From: Bacillota bacterium
GTDB lineage: Bacteria; Bacillota; Clostridia; Christensenellales; Pumilibacteraceae
Direction: 5' to 3'
DNA length: 56,019 bases
Assembly: GCA_009781235.1 (NCBI GenBank)
Contig: WQYM01000001.1
Span: 1 to 56,019, forward strand
Shown: positions 44,668 through 52,489 of the stretch, piece after piece
Layout of the letters: each line of letters starts with the position of its first letter
How positions within the stretch are numbered: position 1 is the stretch's first letter
Notes under the pieces: generated by a model
Database searches by the model: none
Seen by the model: the letters and a program-made list of their open reading frames with translations, nothing else
Told to the model about the DNA's origin: nothing
Made by a program: the position numbers and the translations under genes

Positions 44668-46332
44668 CTACGCCGTTACAATGCCCGCCGCTTTTTCTAA
44701 GCCAAGCTCCTTGACCGCCTGCTCGCGCAGCAAGTACTTTTGAATCTTGCCGCTGGCGGTTTTGGGAAAGTCGTCGATAAACAGCACCTTAGCGGGCATC
44801 TTGTGCTTGGCTAAATTGTTGCCGACGTATTTTTTGATATCGTCCTCCGTCGCCTTTTTCCCATGCTTCAAAATAACGAACGCGCAGGCTTCCTCGCCGT
44901 AGGTTTTGGACGGAATCGAAACGACCGCGACGTCGGAAACGCTCGGGTGCGTGTAGATAAAGTCCTCGATTTCCTTGGGGGAAATGTTTTCGCCGCCACG
45001 GATAATCATGTCCTTGATGCGCCCCGTGATTTTATAGTAGCCGTCCTCATCGACCCGCGCCAAATCCCCGGTGTGCAGCCAGCAGTCGGAATCGATGGCC
45101 GCGGCCGTCGATTCGGGCAATTTGTAGTAGCCTTTCATTACGTTGTAGCCGCGCACGCAAAACTCGCCGTCCACGCCGGGCGGCACTTCTTTTCCCGTTT
45201 CCGGGTCGATTATTTTGCATTCCATGTGCGGCAAAGCGCGGCCCACCGTGTTGACGCGCTTCTCTAAAGAGTCGTCGGTCGTCGTTTGCGTACACCCGGG
45301 GGACGCCTCGGTTTGGCCGAATACGATGGTAATCTCGCGCATGTTCATCTTGTCCGCGACGTCCTGCATCACTTTTACCGGACAGGGGCTGCCGGCCATG
45401 ATGCCGGTACGCAAAGAAGAGTAATCGTATTTGGCAAAATCACGGTGCTCCAAAATCCCGATAAACATCGTGGGCACGCCGTGCACCGCCGTCGCTTTCT
45501 CGTACTCGATGACGTGCATGACCTTCATCGGCGTGTACCACAATAGCGGCAGCATCGTCGCGCCGTGCGTAACGGAAGCCATAATCGCCAAAACGAGCCC
45601 AAAGCAATGGAAAAACGGCACCGGGATGCACAAACGGTCGTTTTCCGTGAACTTCATGCAATCGCCGATGCTAAGGCCGTTGTTGACGAGGTTTTTATGC
45701 GTCAGCATCACGCCCTTCGGGAATCCCGTGGTACCGGAGGTGTACTGCATGTTGATTACGTCGTCGGGGTCAAGGCTTGCTTTCCGTTTTTCAAATTCGC
45801 ATTCGGAAACCAAAATGGCAAAGTTCTCAATATCGTTCCAATGATACATCCCATCGTAACGGTTATCAAACGAAACAACGGTTTTGAGCATCGGCAGCTT
45901 TTTAGATTTCAGCTCGCCCTTTTTGCAATTTTTTAACTCCGGGCAAATCGAATAGATGATTTTCTCGCAGTCAATGTCTTTGAGCCCGTCACACACAAAA
46001 AGCGCTTTAGCGTCCGATTGCGCTAATAAAAACTCCAGCTCGTTTTCCTTATAGCTGGTGTTGACCGTCACCAAAACGACGCCGATGCGCGCGGTGGCAA
46101 ACAACAACACCAGCCATTGCGGATAGTTGGTCGCCCACACCGCGGCGTGGTCGCCCTTTTTAAAACCCATGCCCATAAGGCCCTTTGCGATACTGTCCAC
46201 CTTTTGGTTAAACTCGTAATAGGTTTTGTCAAACTTCATTTCGATGTATTTTACCGCCTGATGCGTGGGGAATTTGCGCGCGGTTTCCTCGAGCATTTGC
46301 CCGACGGTAATGTTTTTGAGGGGGGTGGTCAT
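44668..46332 (-). CDS. AMP-forming acyl-CoA synthetase
   Basis: YTSGTTGFPKGV AMP-binding motif and a C-terminal ...GKIQKY. GGAG RBS. Confidence 0.9.
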   Translation of the reverse strand: MTTPLKNITVGQMLEETARKFPTHQAVKYIEMKFDKTYYEFNQKVDSIAKGLMGMGFKKGDHAAVWATNYPQWLVLLFATARIGVVLVTVNTSYKENELEFLLAQSDAKALFVCDGLKDIDCEKIIYSICPELKNCKKGELKSKKLPMLKTVVSFDNRYDGMYHWNDIENFAILVSECEFEKRKASLDPDDVINMQYTSGTTGFPKGVMLTHKNLVNNGLSIGDCMKFTENDRLCIPVPFFHCFGLVLAIMASVTHGATMLPLLWYTPMKVMHVIEYEKATAVHGVPTMFIGILEHRDFAKYDYSSLRTGIMAGSPCPVKVMQDVADKMNMREITIVFGQTEASPGCTQTTTDDSLEKRVNTVGRALPHMECKIIDPETGKEVPPGVDGEFCVRGYNVMKGYYKLPESTAAAIDSDCWLHTGDLARVDEDGYYKITGRIKDMIIRGGENISPKEIEDFIYTHPSVSDVAVVSIPSKTYGEEACAFVILKHGKKATEDDIKKYVGNNLAKHKMPAKVLFIDDFPKTASGKIQKYLLREQAVKELGLEKAAGIVTA

Positions 46333-46370
46333 TGTGGGAACTCCTTATATCGTGCGTTAGAGCTTTTATT

Positions 46371-46720
46371 AGTGCAGTAGTGCAATAGTGCAATAGTGCA
46401 ATAGTGCAGTAGTGATGGTTTCTATTCTGTCGTTGTATTTTTAGATAGCAAATAAAATCTTGTTTATTTCTGCACAACCTCTTTTTATGTCATAATACGA
46501 TTGGGCATCTATATATCCCGTCGCATACAGTAGCTCAATCCAATACTCACACTCCGTCGCTTCTTTTAAAGCAATACCAATCTTATTCGCAAAGTCTCTC
46601 TTGCTAACCGCGCGATTTGCTTCAAATACATTTGCGCCGACACTCGTTCCGGAACGTACAAGTTGTTATTGTCACTCACTTTTCATCCTCCACTACTGCA
46701 CTACTGCACTATTGCACTAG
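46371..46720 (-). mobile_element. heptamer-armed element (AGTGCAG/GCACTAC arms) carrying a truncated four-helix-bundle gene
   Basis: The arms are 46371-46414 and 46691-46720 and are complementary. On the minus strand the interior starts GAGGATGAAAAGTGAGTGA (RBS, ATG, 3 codons, stop). Confidence 0.8.
46441..46665 (-). pseudogene. N-terminally truncated four-helix-bundle (23S rRNA IVS-protein family) gene
   Basis: My own translation is QLVRSGTSVGANVFEANRAVSKRDFANKIGIALKEATECEYWIELLYATGYIDAQSYYDIKRGCAEINKILFAI*. It matches the family pattern RSxTSIGANxxEA...SKxDFxxKxxIALKEAxETxYWLxLL. Confidence 0.75.
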
Positions 46721-47778
46721 ATTTTGTACGTCCACCCGAACTTGTCGAGTTCCCTTCCCCACTGCAAACCCGTCAGCATATCATACAACTCTTGCGTAGT
46801 TTTGCCGATTTGTCTGCCGTTTACGGTGTAGGACTTGCCAAGGTGAAAAAATTCGCCAATCGGCGAAATCACCGCCGCCGTGCCCGTGCCGAAGGCTTCC
46901 TCTAACGTGCCGGCGCCGTGCGCCGCGATAATCTCGTCAAACGAAACGGGGCGCTCGGTCACCTTGATGCCGGACGCACGCAAAAGCTCGATGCAGGAGG
47001 AGCGGGTGATGCCGGGCAGGATAGAGCCGGAGAGCTCGGGGGTGACGACTTCGCCCGCGATTTTAAACATCACGTTCATCGCGCCGACTTCTTCGATGTA
47101 TTTGCGGTTCACCCCGTCGAGCCATAGCACCTGGGCGCACTTTTCGCCGATGGCGCGCTTTCCGGCACGCAAACTCGCCGCGTAATTGCCGCCGCATTTG
47201 GTGTATCCGGTGCCGCCCTTGACCGCGCGCACGTCGTCGCATTCGACCATGATGCGCACGGGGCTAAGCCCGCCCGCATAGTAGGCGCCGACCGGCGATC
47301 CAATCAGCATAAATACCGCGGAATCCACTGGATGCACGCCCAAAAACTCGTCGTTGCCGAATAGGTACGGGCGCAAATAGAGGGAGGTTCCGGGTAAAGA
47401 CGGCACCCAATCTTGCTCAAGCCGCACGAATTCGGTGAGGATTTGCATAAAATCTGCCTCCGGAACCGTCGGCAGGCACATACGCTCACACGATACGTTC
47501 ATGCGCTTGGCGTTTTCTTGGGGACGGAATAGTTGAATCCCGCCGTCTTTTGTCCGGTATGCCTTGAGCCCCTCGAACACCTCCGCACCGTAGTGCAGCA
47601 CGGTGGACGCCGGGTGAATCAAAAAAGGCGCAAACGGCACGATACGGGGGTTGACCCACTTGCCCGACGTATATTCGGATACGAACATGTGGTCGGAAAA
47701 GAACTTGCCAAAGCCGAGTACTTCCGGATTGGGCTTTTCTTTGGGGGCGGATGTTTTTGTGATTGTTATGTTTAACAT
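46717..47778 (-). CDS. ilvE: branched-chain amino acid aminotransferase
   Basis: Class IV aminotransferase pattern: EGLKAYR and GGTGYTKCGGNYAASL. GGAG RBS. The TAG stop lies in the element arm. Confidence 0.9.
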   Translation of the reverse strand: MLNITITKTSAPKEKPNPEVLGFGKFFSDHMFVSEYTSGKWVNPRIVPFAPFLIHPASTVLHYGAEVFEGLKAYRTKDGGIQLFRPQENAKRMNVSCERMCLPTVPEADFMQILTEFVRLEQDWVPSLPGTSLYLRPYLFGNDEFLGVHPVDSAVFMLIGSPVGAYYAGGLSPVRIMVECDDVRAVKGGTGYTKCGGNYAASLRAGKRAIGEKCAQVLWLDGVNRKYIEEVGAMNVMFKIAGEVVTPELSGSILPGITRSSCIELLRASGIKVTERPVSFDEIIAAHGAGTLEEAFGTGTAAVISPIGEFFHLGKSYTVNGRQIGKTTQELYDMLTGLQWGRELDKFGWTYKI

Positions 47779-47889
47779 GGTGACTCCTTTTTCACTTAAA
47801 ACTTAAAAATGAAAACTTAAAAATGTTGAATGATTATGGATAAGGAGACAAAAAACATCCTCCATTTTTCAGTTTTAAGTTTTAAGTTT

Positions 47890-48411
47890 TCATTGACTCT
47901 TCCCTATCCTAAACGCCTTCATATTCAGCTCAATCATGTCCGCGCGCTTGGCGGAAATGGCTTTTACGAGGGCGGCTTTGACGGTTTCTTCGTCCTCCGC
48001 CGCCAAAACCTTGCCCATCATGATGATGTTGGCTAGGCTTGCCATTCCGTTATCGGAGGCCAATTGCGTTGCCGGCACGTACACGGCGCAGACGTCGGCG
48101 CGGTTCACTTTGCGGCCGATCAGCGTGGAATCGACAAAAATGGTGCTGCCGGGCTTTGCCGCAGACTCGAACTTATCGAGCGAGGGCAAATTCAGCGCAA
48201 CCAACACGTCGGAAGCGTTGACAATGGGCGAACCGACCGGATCGTCCGAAATAATTACCGAGCAATTCGCGGTTCCGCCGCGCATCTCCGGGCCGTAGGA
48301 TGGCAGCCAACTGACCTGTTTGCCCTTGGTCAGCCCTAAATACGCTAAAAATTTACCGGCGAACAATACGCCTTGGCCGCCGAACCCGGCGAGTAGGTAT
48401 TGGGTAGTCAT
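47890..48411 (-). CDS. 2-oxoacid:ferredoxin oxidoreductase gamma subunit
   Basis: The N-terminus carries GFGGQGV. The start was trimmed to ATG 48411, which has a GGAG RBS. Confidence 0.85.
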   Translation of the reverse strand: MTTQYLLAGFGGQGVLFAGKFLAYLGLTKGKQVSWLPSYGPEMRGGTANCSVIISDDPVGSPIVNASDVLVALNLPSLDKFESAAKPGSTIFVDSTLIGRKVNRADVCAVYVPATQLASDNGMASLANIIMMGKVLAAEDEETVKAALVKAISAKRADMIELNMKAFRIGKSQ

Positions 48412-48463
48412 GGTGATAATCTCCTTTTTCAATACGATAATCAATCCTTAGTGCACTATTGCA

Positions 48464-49210
48464 CTATTGCACTTTACTGCGGTCTTTGTACACTCCCACC
48501 GGGTAATACGGCAACATTTTTTCCTCTAACCACTTTAGGGCGGCCGTCGGGGCGAGGCCCCAGTTGGTGGTGCAGGTGGAAAGCACCTCGATTAGAGAAA
48601 AGCCTTTGTTGTTTACTTGGTTTTCGAACGCCTTTTTAATCGCCTTTTTGGCGCTACGCACGAATTTAACGTTGTGGACGGAAACGCGCTCCAAATACTC
48701 CGGGCCGTCTAACGTTGCCAGCATTTCGCACACTTTTATCGGGTAACCGCAAAGCGAGGGGTTGCGGCCGTAGGGAGAGGTCTGCGTGACTTGGCCCGGG
48801 AGGCTGGTGGGCGCCATTTGGCCGCCCGTCATGCCGTAAATCGTGTTGTTGATAAAAATAATCGTGATATTTTCGCCCCGCGCCGCCGCGTGCACGGTTT
48901 CCGCCATGCCGATGGACGCCAAATCGCCGTCGCCCTGATAGGTAAAGACGATGTTGTTAGGGTCGGCGCGTTTAATGCCCGTGGCCACCGCCGGAGCCCG
49001 ACCGTGCGCAGCTTGCGCCATATCAAAATTGTAGTACTCATAAATGAGCACCGCGCAGCCGACCGGCGCGACGCCGATTGTTTTGCCCTCGATACCGAGT
49101 TCGTCCACGGCTTCGGCTACAAGGCGATGCACGATGCCGTGCGTACAGCCCGGGCAATAGTGCAGGGGCACGTTTGAGAGGGATTTGGGTTTTTCAAAAA
49201 CTGTTTTCAT
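48464..49210 (-). CDS. 2-oxoacid:ferredoxin oxidoreductase beta (TPP-binding) subunit
   Basis: YCPGCTHG and YQGDGD motifs. The start was trimmed to ATG 49210 (MKTVFEKP), which has a GGAG RBS. The longer ORF runs into the repeat arm. Confidence 0.9.
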   Translation of the reverse strand: MKTVFEKPKSLSNVPLHYCPGCTHGIVHRLVAEAVDELGIEGKTIGVAPVGCAVLIYEYYNFDMAQAAHGRAPAVATGIKRADPNNIVFTYQGDGDLASIGMAETVHAAARGENITIIFINNTIYGMTGGQMAPTSLPGQVTQTSPYGRNPSLCGYPIKVCEMLATLDGPEYLERVSVHNVKFVRSAKKAIKKAFENQVNNKGFSLIEVLSTCTTNWGLAPTAALKWLEEKMLPYYPVGVYKDRSKVQ

Positions 49211-49228
49211 AGAATAATCTCCATTTTG

Positions 49229-49399
49229 AATGATAAATGATAAATTATAAATGATAAATGTCGGATGGGTTGACTTCCGGAACAAAAGAATTACGCTCTT
49301 TCACAAGCATACAACATCAATAATTTATCATTTATCATTTATCATTTATCATTTGTCTATCATTTATCATTTATCATTTATCATTTATCATTTATCATT
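49229..49399 (+). mobile_element. heptamer-armed hairpin element (ATGATAA/TTATCAT arms) between the alpha and beta subunit genes
   Basis: The arms are 49229-49260 and 49324-49399. The core starts TCGGATGGGTTGACTTCCGGAACAAAAGAA. The right arm encodes the last residues and the stop of the alpha subunit. Confidence 0.85.
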
Positions 49400-50442
49400 A
49401 ACTCTTCTATCTTCCCCACCACTTCCTCCGGCGACGGGATGACGCCGCCCGAACGGCAAACCAGGTGAATGGGCTTAGAAAATTCGGTGGCGAGCTTTAC
49501 GTCCTCAATCATTTGGCCCATCGAGCACTCGACGCAAATAAACGCCTTAACCTTTTTTGCCGCGGCTTTTAATGCGGCATCGGGGAACGGCCATAGGGTG
49601 ACCGGGCGGATTAGGCCTACCTTTATTCCCTTGGCGCGCGCCGCATTCACCGCGCTGCGCGCCACGCGCGAGGATATCCCGAAGCCGACCACGCAAATTT
49701 CTGCGTCGTCCATAAGATACTCTTCGCACATTACCTCGTTTTGCTCGGCCGCTTTATAGCGTTCATAGCGCGCGAGGATTTTTTGTTCCAGCTTTTCCGC
49801 CACCAGATGTAGCGAGTTTACAACATTCTTGGGGCGCGCGCATTTCGTCCCCGTCAACGCCCACGGTTTTTCAAAAACCTGCTGCTGCGGAAAATCGAGC
49901 GAAACGGGCTCCATCATCTGCCCGAGCGTTCCGTCGGAGAGAATCATCACCGGCGTTAAGTACCGGTCGGCGAGTTCAAACGCCTTGACCGTCAAGCTTG
50001 CCATTTCCTGCACCGACGCGGGCGCCAGCACGATGAGCTTATAGTCGCCGTGCCCGCCGCCCTTGACGGCCTGAAAATAGTCGGCCTGCGAAGGCTGAAT
50101 GCCGCCTAAGCCCGGCCCGCCGCGCTGGATGTTGACGATAACGGCAGGCAAATCCGCGCCCGCCGCGTAAGAAATGCCCTCGGCCTTCAGCGAAATGCCG
50201 GGGCTTGACGAGCTGGTCATCACCCTCTTGCCCGCGCCTGCGACGCCGTACACCATATTGATGGCGGCCACCTCGCTTTCGGCCTGCAAAAATACGCCGC
50301 CGACTTTTGGCATGCGCTTAGACATATACGCGCCGATTTCGTTTTGCGGCGTGATGGGATAGCCGAAATAGTGCCGGCATCCCGCCGCGATGGCGGCCTC
50401 GGCAATGGCTTCGTTGCCTTTCATGAGTACTTTATCGCTCAT
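49381..50442 (-). CDS. 2-oxoacid:ferredoxin oxidoreductase alpha subunit
   Basis: MKGNEAIAEAAIAAGCRHYFGYPITPQNE pattern. GGAG RBS. The C-terminal MINDK* is encoded by repeat units. Confidence 0.9.
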   Translation of the reverse strand: MSDKVLMKGNEAIAEAAIAAGCRHYFGYPITPQNEIGAYMSKRMPKVGGVFLQAESEVAAINMVYGVAGAGKRVMTSSSSPGISLKAEGISYAAGADLPAVIVNIQRGGPGLGGIQPSQADYFQAVKGGGHGDYKLIVLAPASVQEMASLTVKAFELADRYLTPVMILSDGTLGQMMEPVSLDFPQQQVFEKPWALTGTKCARPKNVVNSLHLVAEKLEQKILARYERYKAAEQNEVMCEEYLMDDAEICVVGFGISSRVARSAVNAARAKGIKVGLIRPVTLWPFPDAALKAAAKKVKAFICVECSMGQMIEDVKLATEFSKPIHLVCRSGGVIPSPEEVVGKIEELMINDK

Positions 50443-50477
50443 TGAATATCTCTCCTTATAAACGTGACGGGCAGCAC

Positions 50478-50631
50478 ATTTACAATTTACGATTTAAAAT
50501 TTACAAATTAGGGATAAGTGTTTTTCGGTTTAAAAGCAAAGTTCTTTTGTTCCGGGCACTCTTATCGGGCTGCCGCAAAAAATCCGTCAATAGTTTGTAA
50601 ATTGTAAATCGTAAATCGTAAATCGTAAATT
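50478..50631 (-). mobile_element. heptamer-armed hairpin element (ATTTACG arms), gene-less copy
   Basis: The arms are 50478-50509 and 50594-50631. The reverse complement of the core aligns with the core of 118-251 (shared CCGGAACAAAAGAAC, CGGAT and TATCCCT). Confidence 0.8.
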
Positions 50632-50657
50632 GGCCACGACCGTTTTTGGTAATTCGA

Positions 50658-50864
50658 CTATTTTTGGACACTGATCACGCAATCAGGGCACATCGTCGCA
50701 CAAAAAGCGCACGAAATACACAGCTCTTCGTCCAACACGACCGCCGGGTGGTGGCCTTTTGCGTTAATCGCGTGTTTTGCGATCCCGATAATTTTTTTCG
50801 GGCACGCCTCGATGCACAGGCCGCAGCCCTTGCATAAATCCGTTTGAATGATTACTTTTGACAT
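50658..50864 (-). CDS. 2 x [4Fe-4S] ferredoxin-type delta subunit
   Basis: CKGCGLCIEACP and CISCAFCATMCP. Confidence 0.88.
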   Translation of the reverse strand: MSKVIIQTDLCKGCGLCIEACPKKIIGIAKHAINAKGHHPAVVLDEELCISCAFCATMCPDCVISVQK

Positions 50865-50897
50865 GTGGTTATACCTCTCTAAAATCTTTCAACCTCT

Positions 50898-51125
50898 CCG
50901 CACCGGAGGTGCGGAATGTGGGTAACCCGGGGTTAAGCGTAGCGCAACCCCGGGTGAAGGAAAACGCCCTCTCTTGCGCACCGTAGGTGCGCGACCGGTG
51001 GTATGTTTTGTTGCTTACCGGATTTCGGGTCGCGCACCTACGGCGCGCAAGGCCGCCGTTCGACCGCGCCCCGGGTTACGCTACGCTCACCCGGGGTTAC
51101 CCACATTATACGCCTTCGGCGCATT
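50898..51125. repeat. about 230-nt compound palindrome (outer GGGTAACCCGGGG... arms, inner GCGCACCGTAGGTGCGC units)
   Basis: The outer arms are 50916-50954 and 51069-51106. The inner units are 50974-50996 and 51028-51050. Flanking hairpins are CCGCACC-GGA-GGTGCGG and GCC-TTC-GGC. Confidence 0.8.
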
Positions 51126-51172
51126 GTAAGGTTTGGCGCTACGAAGCACCGAAGGTATAATTCCTAGGGCAT

Positions 51173-51474
51173 AAAAAAATCCCCACGCAAAACACGTAGG
51201 GACGAATTTTTTATCCGCGGTACCACCCAAATTGACGCATCGCTTTTACAGCGAAACATCCGACTCATTCGACCGATAACGGAGTCAACCCGGATTTGCT
51301 TACTGACCCTCTTGCAGACCGACGATGGCATCGGCCCCTACAAAAACTGTTCGGCAATCTGCTAAAAAAGGGAGAAATCCTAAGAACTTTGCACCGCCTT
51401 TCACCAAGCAGCGGCTCTCTTTGGCTAAAATAACAAAGGATTTATGGCTTTTGTCAAGCGCATTTGATATTGTG
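51173..51474 (-). promoter_or_regulatory. T-box riboswitch leader
   Basis: Minus-strand motifs in order: AGAGAG (51415-51420), GGTGAAA (51399-51405), AGTA, F-box CCGTTA (51277-51282), T-box TTTGGGTGGTACCGCGG (51215-51231), then the terminator TCCCTACG-TGTTTTG-CGTGGGGATTTTTTT (51173-51203). Confidence 0.8.
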
Positions 51475-51480
51475 AATACA

Positions 51481-51509
51481 ATATTACACTGAATTTTTAG
51501 ATTTGTCAA
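51481..51509 (-). promoter_or_regulatory. sigma70-type promoter of the T-box leader
   Basis: On the minus strand: TTGACA - 17 nt - TAATAT. Confidence 0.65.
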
Positions 51510-51535
51510 GCGAAAACAAAAAGATTTTCTTAGGA

Positions 51536-51766
51536 CTAGTCAATTAAATCTTCAAAAGAACAATTAAAAAAATCCATGAGCAAGCATATTTTCGTTAAAG
51601 TCGGTTCACTTTCGCCTCTTAGCCAAGCAGACACTGTTGTTTGATCAACTGAAACTTTCGATGCCAATACTGTTTGACTTATATTATTATCATTCATAAA
51701 TGCTTTCAAGTTTTCGATGAACGCCCGTTGATAGTCTTTCATGTAACTTATTATAGGGAAAAGCAC
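51536..51766 (-). CDS. XRE-family HTH protein
   Basis: ISQTVLASKVSVDQTTVSAWLRGESEP helix-turn-helix. The start is uncertain (GTG 51766 or ATG 51742). Confidence 0.7.
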   Translation of the reverse strand: MLFPIISYMKDYQRAFIENLKAFMNDNNISQTVLASKVSVDQTTVSAWLRGESEPTLTKICLLMDFFNCSFEDLID

Positions 51767-51835
51767 CTAAACCTGTTGACCTAGGGAAAATTCCCTGATA
51801 TAATAAGCATAGAAAGATATGAGCGTTTTTATTGC

Positions 51836-52060
51836 TTAATTCTCCTTGCCCAAAAGATAGTCAATCGTAATATTCAAAGCCGTTGAAATCCTGACCAGCA
51901 TTTCACAATCGGGCTCCCGGTGATTTTTTCCTATCGCCTCATAATTTTGATACGCTCGTAAAGGAATATCGAGCATTTGCGCCAATTTTTTCTGCGTTAG
52001 GCCGTTACATAACCTTTCTTCCTTTAGTCGAATTGAAACAATCTCCATAAACAGTTGCAT
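51836..52060 (-). CDS. XRE-family HTH protein
   Basis: LTQKKLAQMLDIPLRAYQNYE helix-turn-helix. There is no clear RBS, so it may be leaderless. Confidence 0.7.
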   Translation of the reverse strand: MQLFMEIVSIRLKEERLCNGLTQKKLAQMLDIPLRAYQNYEAIGKNHREPDCEMLVRISTALNITIDYLLGKEN

Positions 52061-52139
52061 TATAACTCAAATTGAGTCATAATGCTTTTATGCCGCTCAG
52101 TTTGAGCGATATAAAACCACCATGGAAGGAGAACTGCAA

Positions 52140-52370
52140 ATGAACAAACAAATGTGTAAAGCAATCGCCAAAAAGCACAGCGTAAGCGTAGAAGAAATAA
52201 AAAAAGAAATGCAAGCGGCAATTGACGCCGCTTATGTTTTCCCCACGCCCGAGGCTATGCAAATACCGCGCAAAGGCGAAATTCCAACCATTGATGAATT
52301 TATCGAATATGTGGCGAAACAAGTGGTTGCGGAGCGCAATACGGACGATAAAAACGGAAACGATTTGTAA
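52140..52370 (+). CDS. small Spo0A_C-like protein
   Basis: MNKQMCKAIAKKHSVSVEEIKKEMQAAIDAAY...PTIDEFIEYVAKQV resembles the Spo0A C-terminal domain pattern. AGGAG lies 8 nt before ATG 52140. It is divergent from the XRE gene. Confidence 0.55.
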   Translation: MNKQMCKAIAKKHSVSVEEIKKEMQAAIDAAYVFPTPEAMQIPRKGEIPTIDEFIEYVAKQVVAERNTDDKNGNDL

Positions 52371-52489
52371 ACAAACCGTTCCCGCTCAACCGCAATTGTT
52401 TTTTGTAATCTGACTTAGTAAAACCCTGGGGGCCGCACTTCCCGAGCGACCCGCTACGGATTTCCGCGCACTTTTCCTTTTTCATTTTT

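Noticed and set aside
51300-51509. A 69-aa minus-strand ORF in the ORF track.
   Set aside because: It coincides with the T-box leader (AGAGAG, GGTGAAA and F-box motifs) and has no RBS.
51536-52370. Prophage call for the XRE/XRE/Spo0A_C-like islet.
   Set aside because: It holds only three small genes with no integrase, structural, lysis or att-like repeats, so it is at most a remnant.
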